From contig OZ024740.1 in the NCBI GenBank assembly GCA_964016885.1, forward strand, positions 68,386,001 to 68,450,000: a stretch of 64,000 nucleotides of DNA, written 5' to 3'. Of the stretch, positions 14,279-26,100 are shown piece after piece (position 1 is the stretch's first letter; each line of letters opens with the position of its first letter). The position numbers and the translations under genes are program-made. The notes under the pieces were generated by a model. It ran no database searches. It was given only the letters and a program-made list of their open reading frames with translations, and was not told the origin of the DNA. Source of the stretch: Eledone cirrhosa. Its lineage: Eukaryota.

Positions 14279-15659
14279 TCTCCCTTTTTTGCTGAAGAAA
14301 GGTGTAAGAGACATAGTCACTACTTTAAAACAATAGCGTAAGGTCTTCAAAATGCTTTCAATTAAGCATACAATGTATTGCAAAAATACAGTATATATAC
14401 ATTCATATATATATCGCTATTTCAGACCACCAATTCTAATTTTATATATATATATATATATATATTGAGTATATGTTGCCTGTTTACCGACACCTCAGTA
14501 TGCAGATTGGAGCATTCGACGAAGTACGCAGGTTGGTTTGTTTACTCCGGAGTAATGTAAAATAATTAAAGTCAAATATGTAAAATTTGGCTTCGTTTAT
14601 TATAAATTATAGATATACTGCCATATATATTTCGGTGACAGCCATCATTGGTTGTGAGCTCTTCAGGCAGTCCGGTGTGGGAGAGACTGGTACACATGTT
14701 GTTGTGGTCTGTTTTACTCCGTCAATATTCCGATATGTCCAGCTCCTGGTTGCGTTGTTATTTCTCTAAGGAACTTGAATGATATGCATTAGAACAAACG
14801 AATTTCGGCGCCAAAGGACACTCTCTCATCCCATTGGTCACTTGTGAGAATATTCCCCAGTCAAAAGTCTATAGAAATTTTTCTGAGGCAAGACGATCTG
14901 TTGTAGTAGTTTTTGTTTTAGTACACCTGAACCCCTCCAATCTGTGGGTAGTGGTAGTGCTGTTAAGTGGTCAGCTGGCAGGTCAACTTTGGTGTGATGC
15001 TGCTATGTTCAGAAGAAATTGTGTGTGCGTGTTGGCATCTATCCTGCCACCATTTCACGTGGTGTTTGTGGTGGTGGTGGTGGGTTGGGGGCAAACAAAT
15101 AAGAAAAGAAAATGCGTGTGTGTTACAACCAATAACAACATTTGAAAGATTTGGAAAATATTAACTGAAGTAGAAAACGTGTGTGTCAGAATTGAGAAGT
15201 GTAAAGAATTACAATGTTTACACTATCATCGGGTGGTGCGTTTTAAGAGCAAATGAGACAAAAGTGGAGTGTAAAACACCAAAACCTGAGTGTCAAAATC
15301 CGGAAATGTAAAGGACTACAGTTCCCATTTCGGCATAAAGTACATATGCGTGAATGTAAACGCATAACGTTGCAAGCACACACGCACAAACACAGACTCA
15401 GGTGCATCCCATATGTCTATATATACATACATATATATATATATATACACACACATACTAAACACACACGCACACATCCATATACACACATATACATATA
15501 TACACAGACACACACACATTTAAACAACAGTGTTTATGTATGGACATATGTATAAGTATGTGTTGCCATAGGAGTCAATCGAGACAGGAGCAGGTGTGGT
15601 GAGTGTGTATGGGTAGTTTACATTGGGCTCGGTGTGGCGGGGCTATAGCTTGAGGGAAG

Positions 15660-16520
15660 TTCCCATCCCAATGTGTTGTTATTGTCCATATAGCTTGAGG
15701 AAGGTCCCGGCGCTGAGGTGTTTACATGTACCGAAGAAGTCCGTCTTGAGGTTTATTAGGCTGCTTCCACCGCTGAGTATCTCGAGGGTCTCGCTCAGAC
15801 ACAGTTTGCAGATGCCAGATACCTCTATATCAGGTGGTACTTTCCTGATTTTGAACCAAGCCAGAGAGTACGGGGTCCAGTCCAACTTGAGCTTCCAGAT
15901 CAGTTCGGAAAGAGCCGTACTTTTCCTTTTGTCCTCCCTCTTAAAATAATGGCGATAGTTACACCATCGGTCTTTGAAGCTCGTTGATGTGACTCCTATG
16001 CAAAGGTGTTAAGAGTGTGGGGTTTTTACTCTACATCCGTATATTAAGTTCTTCCTTAGGCATTCATTATTAAGGGGGAATAATGTGGAAGTTCTGCTGT
16101 TGCATGAGGTGGTCGACCCCCGAGTGCCTAATGTGGGGTTCCCGTTGCATATTATAGGGTCATCTCTCCCGGGCCCGGTGGGGGGTCCCTGGGTGTGTTG
16201 GGGTTCCCATGCTGCGTACTGGGTCCACCCTTGCTTCTATCCACATGGCTCTGCTCTGTGCTTATATAGCCAGCTTCTTCCTGTGTGTAGCTTTTAAGTC
16301 TACCCCTATTGATGCTAGCTATGTACTGGGCTTCATTTCGCATGGTAGAATACGAGAGCTTCACAGTCTGTCTGTTGAAGATCTTGTGGTATTTGTTGTC
16401 TCTCGGGAGCATTTATCTAGTGCTCTAAAGAATGAACGGGTCAGGCTATTATTTAGGGCCACTGAGTTGGGTGGGTTGTACCACGTGACTTTTCTACGTC
16501 TATTCCTATGTGGGTATGTT
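15660..16520 (-). pseudogene. PLE linker plus GIY-YIG endonuclease remnant
   Basis: RRRKVTWYNPP...KIFNRQTVKLSYS...CNSR...PLNNECL..NLIYGC...IGVTSTSFKDR...STALSELIW...CKLCLSE...LIN...CKH, with frameshifts. Confidence 0.85.
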
Positions 16521-17034
16521 GGGCGTGCTGTGGGCTGTTGGGGAGATTTTGGGCTGCTAATGGTTCCCGCATTGTTGCTTCCCCTTTAGGCGCTATCCGT
16601 TTTTCTAGCTTCCCGGCCCGTACCTGTGGGGTGGTTGGTTCTAGCCCACGCAGGGAGTTCTACAATGTGATGATGCTCCATCCGTCCCTCTTCGTGTCTT
16701 GCGGTCGGGGGCGTCAGGCCCAGGGTGGTTAGTATCACCCCTGAGACAGCTACTCGTACTGGGTTTCCTCCCATGGCTAGGCGTGCGCGTCCCTTTCGCT
16801 AATGTGATGGTGTCGGGTACAGGGTGTTTAGTGCTTTCCACTCTGCCTGTACTGTTAGGGTTCTCCTCCTCCCGGATACCCTGGGTCGGGGGATCCGATG
16901 GACTATCCCTAATTCATATGATTCCAGTTCCCCAGAGAAATAACAACGCAACCAGGAGCTGGACATATCGGAATATTGACAGAGTAAAACACACCTCAAC
17001 AAAATGTGTACCTGTCACTTCCACACCAATTCGG

Positions 17035-17089
17035 ACTGCCTGAAGAGGTCACAGTCAAAGATGGCTGTCACCGAAATATATATAGCAGT
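17035..17089 (+). ncRNA. Type I hammerhead ribozyme, intact core
   Basis: ACTGC-CTGAAGA-GGTCACAGTC.AAAGAT.GGCTGTCACC-GAAA-TATATA-TA-GCAGT, with a palindromic minimal stem III. The partner copy at 14617-14671(-) has NUG at the cleavage site. Confidence 0.85.
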
Positions 17090-17197
17090 ATATCTATAAT
17101 TTATATATAATAAACGAAGCTAAATTTTACATATTTCATTTAATTAGGTTATATATATATATTTATACATATATATATATATATATATACATAATTA

Positions 17198-17235
<38 letters not shown>

Positions 17236-17253
<18 letters not shown>

Positions 17254-17478
17254 TTTTAGTCGATCAACTTTCGTCAAATCGGACCGAGGGAATAATGTTT
17301 CCGTTGGTCTTTCCAATTCCTAATACTATCTATCGGTCGCAACTCCAGTTAGAAGGAGCAACGTGAAATAAAGTGTCTTGCCCAAGGACATAACGCATCG
17401 CCTGGTCCAGGAATCGAACTCACAACCTTATGATTGCGAATCCAATATTCCCTAACCACTCAGCCACACGCCCTCACA
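17236..17478 (-). mobile_element. CORE-like SINE family 2 with poly(A) tail
   Basis: TGGCTGAGTGGTTAG A box, GAGTTCGATTCC B box, GTCCTTGGGCAAGACACTTT core; poly-T on plus at about 17236-17257. Confidence 0.85.
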
Positions 17479-17490
17479 TATATATAGTGA

Positions 17491-17593
<103 letters not shown>

Positions 17594-17660
17594 TTGAGCT
17601 AGAACCTCAAAATAGTCTCTTATAATAAATTACCTCTTGGAAAGTCATTTTTCCGAGCCG

Positions 17661-18354
17661 TATATTATAATTGAATATAAACGAAAAACGAACACGGATA
17701 TATACATATATGTGTTCAAATATTAAGGGTCCAGGTGAAGATAATACTAACTATAGACAATAGGGTTTGCCTGACTCAATTTAAGAATACATCAAGAAAA
17801 TAAATACAAACCAGAATTGTGGTAACTACTAATCACCCAGACAGCTCTTGGTACTGCTGTTTCGCAAAATTAATTGTGAATAGGAATGCCAACTCAATAT
17901 ATACCTTCTTAATATGCCAACTCAATATATACCTTTGATATATTCGGCTCCGTTAATTTGTTGAGATAATTCAAATGTCGAATAAACCTGGCTGCTATTT
18001 GTAGTGGTGTAAGTTTGTGAGCCACGCTAAGTTCAGATACCATATGCGTTAATATATTCGCACACAGTTCAGTTTTTAATATACTTAGAAGTGTCTAGGA
18101 TACTAATTCTTCACCCACTTATGAGCAAGAATTGGCATTCCTATTCATAATTAATTTTGCGAAACAGCAGTACAAAAATGTATCTGGGTGATTGGTAGTT
18201 ACCACAATTCCGGTTTGTATTTATTTTCTTGATTTATTCTTAAATTGATTCAGGCAAATCCTATTTTCACCTTAGCGAACCTGGTCCCTTACGATTTGAA
18301 CACATATATGTATATATCTGTGTTCGTTTTTCTTTTATATACAATTATAATATA
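17661..18354. repeat. Inverted repeat (~230-bp arms) with a third hammerhead family
   Basis: Arms 17661-17892 and 18132-18354. 18111-18191 reads TCACCCA-CTTATGA-GCAAGAATT...AATTTTGC-GAAA-CAGC...TC-TGGGTGA. The left arm preserves stem III CAGC/GCTG and the GUC site. Confidence 0.8.
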
Positions 18355-18366
18355 TATGTATTTATA

Positions 18367-18418
<52 letters not shown>

Positions 18419-18423
18419 AAGAG

Positions 18424-18461
<38 letters not shown>

Positions 18462-18561
18462 GTATGTATATGTATATATATTTATATTTCTCAGATCTCT
18501 CTGGGTAGATTTATATCTGGAGATCTCATCACAGGGTACAATGTATCAGTAATTGCCACAG

Positions 18562-18691
18562 GTGTAGTGTTTGTATTAGAGTGTTTAAGTCGCTGGCTGG
18601 ACAAAAAAGTCACACTCGTTCAGCGCATCAGTAGGGGTTCTCCTACATGGATATAAAGTAGTGGCCGTACTCGAAAACGAGTTGGCAGCCA

Positions 18692-18693
<2 letters not shown>
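18562..18693. repeat. Unclassified ~135-bp dispersed repeat with terminal hairpin
   Basis: Second copy at about 51486-51615. Both end GTGGCCGTACTCGAAAACGAGTTGGCAGCCACC followed by ATATAT. Confidence 0.8.
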
Positions 18694-18732
<39 letters not shown>

Positions 18733-20117
18733 CATACTTATATATGCATATTTCTGTTCTGGTTTGTTATGCGGAAAGGCTAAGACTGTAAGAGAACAAG
18801 ATTCGTTTTTTCGTAGAATACGAAGTCATACCATACCAATAGAAGAAGGATACATTATCACAGTGGTATGCTAAACAAATTATGTATATAATTTTCCATT
18901 TAGTTTCCACACACTTAAATTACATTTTATTTCTATTTATTTTTTCTTGTTTTATTTTGTTTTTTTTATTCTGTTTCTTCCGAATGAGACACATACACAC
19001 AAACACACACAGAAACACATACAATAATATTATAAAACAAATAACGCAACATAAAAATGCTTTTAGTCCATCTACAAATATGTTGTGATAAAATTGTATA
19101 CGTGGCAATGCCCCCTTCCTAGCCATTATCCATCACTCCATCACCAATAACGGCCAAATATAGAGTCAAACGAGGCAGCTGTCCGAAAAAAGGCCGTCTC
19201 GTTTCGGTAGAAGAGAGAAATGTGTAAAATTGGTTATAGCCTGCAGACATCCGCCCTCATGATGTCACACTTTTGTTCTCATTAGGTAAAAACATTTTTG
19301 CTCCAGGCGAGAATACGGCATGTTCCAACCATGTCTCGTACTAATCTAATTAGATTTTACACCCCTTTCATTTTCTCAAATCTCATAGCCTAATTAATCA
19401 TCACATGGTATTTACAATATTCCACTTCCTTTTTTTTTTATTATATATTTATTTTTCTTCTTCTCGAGGAAGCAACGATTTCCTTCGTTGAGACACAATT
19501 CATAGGAAATGTACATGTCTCTTCATATGGACATATATATCACCCTATATCACCCTATATCTCCCTAGTGTATAATTTTACGAAAGTATATTAATCTATA
19601 TGTGTGTAATATATTTACAATTTTGTTTTTACCTCACGGCCAGGTTCATTAGCTGAACAATGGTGGTTTTATTTCTTCGGTAAACATCATATTATGATTA
19701 GTAAGTAGTTTTACCTTAGACAATGTTTAAGTCGCATATTTTAAATATTTCCCTATGCAACCTATTCATGAAATAAGTTGCAGCTATCGATAGAGAGGGG
19801 GAGAGAGAGCGAGAGAGAGATAGAGAGAGAGAGAGAAAGTGTATTTGTGTGCGTAACATAACATATCGATAGTGATTGGTGCGTATACGAGGTGTCCACT
19901 TTATGTTAGTCATGAACTCAGGAAATATCATTTATCTCCGTCTGATAAGAAGTTGAGGGAAGCCAATAGATAAGCACGCTACCTAACTAAGCTGGTTTAA
20001 ATGCTAGACACAGCAATATAAAATTGTTCACTTTGGTCTAGCTATATGGTCACCCCGGATGCTTTCAAGAGCTGTCTACTAAAAATAGCTGCCTACTATA
20101 AGGCCTAATTAAATAAT

Positions 20118-20299
20118 TGTTTCTACATTTAGGCACAAGGCCAGCAATTACCCAGTGCATTACTGGTACTTTATTTTATCGACCCCGTAAGGATGAAAGG
20201 CAAAGTTAACCTCGGCGGGATTTGAACTCAGAATGGCAAGGGCCGTAACTCTATGCTTCAAAGTATGGCGTCCGATCCTCTACCGATACAGCCAATCCA
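20118..20299 (-). mobile_element. SINE family 1, full length
   Basis: Close match to the other copies; 3' junction at AAATAAT. Confidence 0.9.
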
Positions 20300-20772
20300 A
20301 TGCCTCAAACCACAATTTAAAAAAATGAGGTCTACATTGTATAATGCGCTCTCCAATATACAAATAATCAAAGGAGACACATTATCCTTCGTCCGATCTG
20401 ATGATATGAATTTTCGCTTTAATATTTCTTCATATAAACATATATATATAAATAAGATAAAATAAAGATGACAACAGATATATAAGTTTGTATTTGCGTT
20501 TGTGCTGTTAAAGGTATAGTACATGTGTAAGCACTGGAATTGTCTCAAGTAAATCATTAAAGGGACCGTAGATGTGTTAAGAGCTGATCAAAGCTAAAAC
20601 GAAAAATATTAGCCATATACAACGAAAATAATATAGAATATGCACCTCTGTAATATATACATACATTCCTCCTAAAGTAAATACATCATACTTTAGACAC
20701 ACCGGAAAAATAACTTTTTCGTGCTATCGACTGACAGTTTTCAATTTCTGATCTATTCATTCATAATAATAA

Positions 20773-20806
<34 letters not shown>

Positions 20807-22369
20807 GGCATTTGACATGGTGCCTCATTCATGGATCACCAAAAGCCTAGATATCTTCAAGGTGGCAGATAACATCAGACAGTTGTTGGGCAAAAGTATG
20901 AAGTACTGGAAAACAGAGTTAATATCGGGTGGATAATCCTTGGGAAGCGTGAAGATCAAGAGAGGTATCTTCCAGGGAGATAGTCTGTCCCCTCTGTTGT
21001 TTGTCGTTGCACTGATGCCCCTGACCATTATACTGCGAAAAGTGAGAGCAGGATACAAGTTGGGAAAGGGAGTGCTTACGATCAATCACCTCCCCTTATT
21101 GGCCGATCTTAAGCTCTTCGGGAAGAGTGAGTAGGAGCTGGATGTGCTTGTTGACACTATCCGTATTTTCAGCAATGATATACGTATGCAATTTGGTATT
21201 AGTAAGTCCGTGTGATGAAGAGGGGTAAATTGAGCAGAAGCAACGGAATACGGGTACCAACAGGTGAGATGATAAACGAAATTGACACTGAAGAAGGATA
21301 CATATATTTGGGTGTTCTGGAGGCTAATGACATCAAGAACAAAAAAATTAAGGTATTGATAAGATCTGAATACATTCCGAGAGTAAGGAGCGTATTAGAG
21401 TCACATCTGAACAGTAGGAATGCCATAAGTGCAGTAAATTCCAGAGCTGTGTCTATTATTTTGTACAGTGCGGGAATTCTAAGATGGAATGTTGCTGAAC
21501 AAAAAGAAATGGATAGGAAGACTAGGAAGCTATTGACTTTCTAAAATCCCTTCTTTGAGAAAACTGAATTCAGAGATCCACAGACATGGAACTGGTTGAA
21601 AAGAGGAGACATTAAAAAGACTACAGAAGGAATGCTAATGGCTACGCAAGAGCAGGCCCTCAAAACGAAGTGCCTGAAACACCATATTTACAAGGAGGAG
21701 GCTAGCCCACTGGGTAGGACCTGTGGAGAGAGAGAGAGGAGACTGTGGCTCACATTGTATCCGAGTGTAAACACCTAGTCCAGACTCACTATAAGGGCTG
21801 GAGACATGATGTGTTGAACAGGGTGATCCACTGGCACCTATGCAAAGTAAACAATTTACCACATTCTGAGAAGTGGTATCAGCAAAAGCCAGAGTCGGTG
21901 ATAGAAAACAATCAGGTGAAGGTGCTGTGGGATTTTATGATACAGACGGACAAGAAACTGGAACGCAATAGACCTGACCTGGTGGTTTTGTACAGGGAAA
22001 AAAGATCGTGCCTGATTGTAGATGTGAGCTGCCCGTTCGACACGAGAGTGCATGCGAAGGAGAGGGAGAAAATTAACCGATACCAGGACTTAAAGTGGGA
22101 GGTAAAAAGGATTTGGAACTGCCATGAAGTCAAAGTGATTGTCATAGGCGCACTAGGTACTATCTCCAAAAGTTTCCAGGGATGGTTAAAGAAAATTGGC
22201 CCCGCCACGCTTTTTGTCAGGCTTCAAAAGGCATTCTTGCTGGGAACAGCAAGAACCATCCGATACATCCTGAATATCTGAGGCTGCAGGTAGAGACTTG
22301 ATATTCATTTCAGCAAACTTTCAACAAACTTTCCAGTTAACTAACATCAATGACTGAGACTCAAAGAAC
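20807..22369 (+). mobile_element. Dong/R4-like RLE non-LTR retrotransposon, 5'-truncated and internally deleted
   Basis: AFDMVPHSW, GIFQGDSLSPLLF, HIVSEC..RHD, LWDF..TD...NRPD, DVSCP, KINRYQDL, IGALG. Flanked by (AAT)n at 20762-20806 and 22370-22405. About 220 bp are missing near 21540 relative to the 61954-63977 copy. Confidence 0.92.
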
Positions 22370-22648
22370 AATAATAATAATTATAATAATAATAATAATA
22401 ATAATGTTTTCTTTATGAACCACAAGGGTTCACATAAAGTAGACATTAAGGACAGTACAGGACAATACAGGACGGTACAAATGGGCATTTCTGCGTGTAA
22501 AAAAACAGAGGTTGAAATAAAATAACAAAGAAAAATTCCCCAATAGGGGGGAGACTTCCAAGGGACATTTGTGGAGAAAGCCCATTAACAGACCACAGTG
22601 GCCCTGACCACCAGGGCAAACGCCCTCTCCCAGTTTTCCACCTTTAAT

Positions 22649-25600
22649 TTACAGACACATACTCAGAGAAGGCCCATTCATTCGGGCCATACTTGCTTCT
22701 CTCACCCATCTTTCAACAAAATGCTGGGAAGAGAGCACTTCCCTCTCTACCCTGATTTTCCTTTTCAAATGAAATTTGAAAAAGTTAATCAGGGCATCAC
22801 CGAAGAGGTAAGTGCTCGTCTTCAGCCCTTTCAAACGTGTCCACCATACTATCTCTTTCGCCATGGCCACCAGACAGATAAAAACTGCCTGCCCTTCCAG
22901 GCGAAAGGAAGGGGGCGGGGCAATCCTCACGATGGACTCAGCTGATAGCCGGATCCGTCCTACACGTGACAGCAGGTGTTCGACATAAACCCACAAGTCA
23001 GCAATGCTCGGACACTGGACGAGTGCGTGCAGGACGGTTTCGTCGCCCTGCGCGCATCTCGGACATGCCCGGCTGACGGCACCTCCATGCCTGTAGAGTT
23101 TATCCCGAACTGGCAAAGCTCCTCGGTAGCACTGCCAGGCCAGGGATTTCTGGAAGTTGTCCATAGGCCCCGGCCCGAAAGTCCTTCCGAAGAGATTGGC
23201 TAGTTGATTTTCGTCGACGCCTAGAGTTTCTCCAAGTACGTCGTCGCTCTTCCCCTCCACTAATCCCCTATAGAACGCCAAGGTGGAGTTTCCACCGATC
23301 ACATTGCCCGATTGGTCGAGGGCTGTGAGCGCCTGAAGACATTCCAGTCTCCAAGCGCTCCCTCTCGGTCTTCGCTTGACCCAGGACTGCAGCTCCGTCA
23401 AGGAGACGAGCTGGGGAAAAACTTGTCTTGCAAACGGCGACCACACCTGATCACCGTCGAGGAAGAGGTGGAGATGTCGTAGCCTGAGCGCGTGTCTGCG
23501 CATCATCAGCCACGGCATGCCCAGCCCTCCACGTAGCGGGTGTTGACAGCAGATGGACCGCCTGACCATCGGAGCGCGTCCCTTCCACAAGAAGCGAAAG
23601 AGCAAACGCTCCAGCGCAGTCAGGCGGGGCTTAGGACAAGGTACGACGGTCAGGCGGTAGTAGATGACGGATGCGATGTACGCATTCGCCACCTCCGCTC
23701 GACCTTTCAGGGATAGCTTCCTCTAGGCCCATTTCTGGGTGAGAGAAGCCACCCTGCTCGTCACCTCGTCCCAGTTTTTGTCCGTCTGGAGGTCTGGACC
23801 GAACCAGACCCCTAGCAATTTAACCGGTCCGTCCGTCCAGCGCCCGACGACGCTGTTGGACTGCATGGACCTGCCTCTCCAGGTGCCGAGCTGCAGGCCC
23901 ACTGACTTTTCCTGGTTGATCATTGCTCCTGTCACCGCTTCGTATTCTCTTAGTGTAGTGCCGATCGCCTCGATATGTTTGGCGTTCGACACCACTACGG
24001 TGACATCGTCGGCATATGCTGACACGGATCATCCGCATCCTAGTTCGCGCGGGACCCCCCCTGAACGTCTCCAGTTTGTGCAGTAATGGCTCGAGAGTCA
24101 ATACGTACAATAGGGACGAGAGGGGACATCCTTGGCGGACCGAGCGCATGATGTTGAACGGTTCCGAAAGGTGACCGTTCACTCTCACTACAGAGCAGAT
24201 GTCGCTGTGCATGGCAGCGATCCAGCCTCTGAAGACGGGCCCAAAGCCAGCCGCCCTCAGGACTGCCGTTAGGTAACGATGGTCGACCCTATCGAAGGCT
24301 TTCGACTGATCTAAATTGATCAAAGACCCAACCGTGCCAGGTTCCCTAGCTACCCTCTCTACGATGTATCGCATGAGGTGGAGGTTGTCGTGGATGGATC
24401 TGTCGGGAATGGCGCATGTCTGTGCCTCTCCCAGACCACCAACGACAAGCGCCAACCTCTTTGCTAGCACCTTGGCCAAAATCTTGAACTCTGTGTTTAG
24501 CAGAGTTATGGGCCTAAAATTATCTATGTTATCCCCCTTGTTCGGATCCTTTCTCAGCAGCGCCACCGCTCCTCGGCTCACAGAGCTGGGAATTCTCCCG
24601 TTCTGTTGCCAGTTGCAGTACACGTCCGCCAAGAGGCCTCCGAACAAGTTTGGCATTTGTACGTAAAGTTCATAGGGCAGACCATCCAAACCAGGCGATT
24701 TACCCCTTGTGCAACTAGTCATTGCATCCCGTACTTCAGCGGTTGTTATCGGCTTTTCGCAACACTCCGCCTCAGTGGCCGAAAGCCGCGGCAGTCCGTC
24801 GAGGTAGACACTAAAGTCCATCCCTCGATCCGGCCCGCCACTGCCCCCGAACAGTTGAGCGAAGTGTCGCTGAAAAGCTTCACACATTTGCCCGGGATCG
24901 AGTAGCATGCGCCCGTCGTGGTCCACCAAAGACCGGATCGTGGCTTTGTTGCCACGACGCGCCACCGCCACTCGGGCCCATTGAACGGCTTTCGTCCCCT
25001 CGTGTCTGAGAGCACGCACCCTAGCTCTGACAACGCAGCCTTCGTGCTTTGCATTGAAGAATTGGTCAAGGGCCAATTTCGCCGCAAGTACGTCGGTCGC
25101 GATGCCTTTGCTAAGCGCCTCATCTAATTTTCTAACTAATTCTCCCTCTGCTCTATTTTTCTCTATTGCTAAAGTCTTACTAAACCTAATGGACTCTATT
25201 CTAATTGCTCTTTTCAGAGCAAACCACCACTTGTTGTTGACGATGGCCCCCGTCAACGCCCGCTTAACTAGTTCGCTAATCCGGTCTCTGTAGGCCTTGC
25301 GCGCTGGTAAGGACGCGTTTAGCTTCCAATAGCCGGGTCCTCGTCTATGAAGCCTATCTAAGTCAAGCACACAGATCACGAATTTGTGGTCCGTGTAGCT
25401 GACTATCTTGAATTGTGGACAGCCTATGCTAGACCTATCTATTTCCCTACAAAATACTCTATCTAGATATGATCTGGATGACCCTATGCGATTTGTCCAA
25501 GTCCACATTGGTACATTCGGGAAATCCATTCGGTACCTGTCAGACAGTTCAAAACGTCTGAGCAGGTTGGTGAGACTCTTGCACCCTCCTTCCCTATCCA

Positions 25601-26066
25601 CTAATCCCACACAATCCCAGCGTGCATCTAAGATCCCGTTCCAGTCGCCCACTAACACTAATGAGCGGGACGTTCCAAGAAAGGTCTCCAGACGCCGGAA
25701 GAAATCAGGCCGCCCTGCTCCTGTCGGGGCATAGACGGCCACTAACCTGAAAGCTTGCCCGTCTCCGCTGGTCACGTCCAGCACCACCAACTTACTTTCT
25801 GGGTCCAGGAAGATGGCCCGTATGGCAAGATCCAAACCTCTCCGAAAAAGCACAGCTACTCCTCCCCCCGATCCCGGACGACTGGGAGATGCGTACACAT
25901 CGTAGCCGCCGAAGATCGGTGCGAAAGCCTGTGCTTCGGGGATTCTGGTCTCGCTGATGGCTACTACAACTATGTTTAGTGACCTGTGGTCGTAAAGCAG
26001 GTGGCCCTGCTTCCATGACGACCCCAAGCCACGCGCATTTATGCTGCCTATTCTGAGTGAGGTCAT
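22649..26066 (-). pseudogene. Tx1 copy A ORF2 (APE-RT-zf), one frameshift and one stop
   Basis: Extra C near 24060 and TAG at 23723-23725; otherwise nearly identical to the 28599-32018 protein. Confidence 0.92.
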
Positions 26067-26100
26067 GTTGAAAAGGAGTGGAAAAGATGGGTAAGACCAC

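Larger units (their letters stand above)
13911..14445. mobile_element. Inverted pair of hammerhead-bearing ~290-bp repeat units (PLE pseudo-LTR or retrozyme-like)
   Basis: Arms at about 13911-14072 and 14195-14374. The same unit recurs at 43936-44318. Confidence 0.75.
14563..17146 (-). mobile_element. 5'-truncated Penelope-like element with inverted pseudo-LTRs
   Basis: Inverted repeats of about 235 bp at 14563-14792 and 16909-17146, each with a hammerhead motif, enclose a GIY-YIG remnant. Confidence 0.85.

Noticed and set aside
17400-17478. tRNA gene
   Set aside because: The A/B boxes continue into a CORE-like body and tail, and the sequence is multicopy, so it is a SINE head.
18640-18693. 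HDV-like ribozyme (G-U-closed first helix on the minus strand)
   Set aside because: No P3/L3 adjacent to P1, no P1.1 CC/GG and no P2 partner; it is a simple hairpin.
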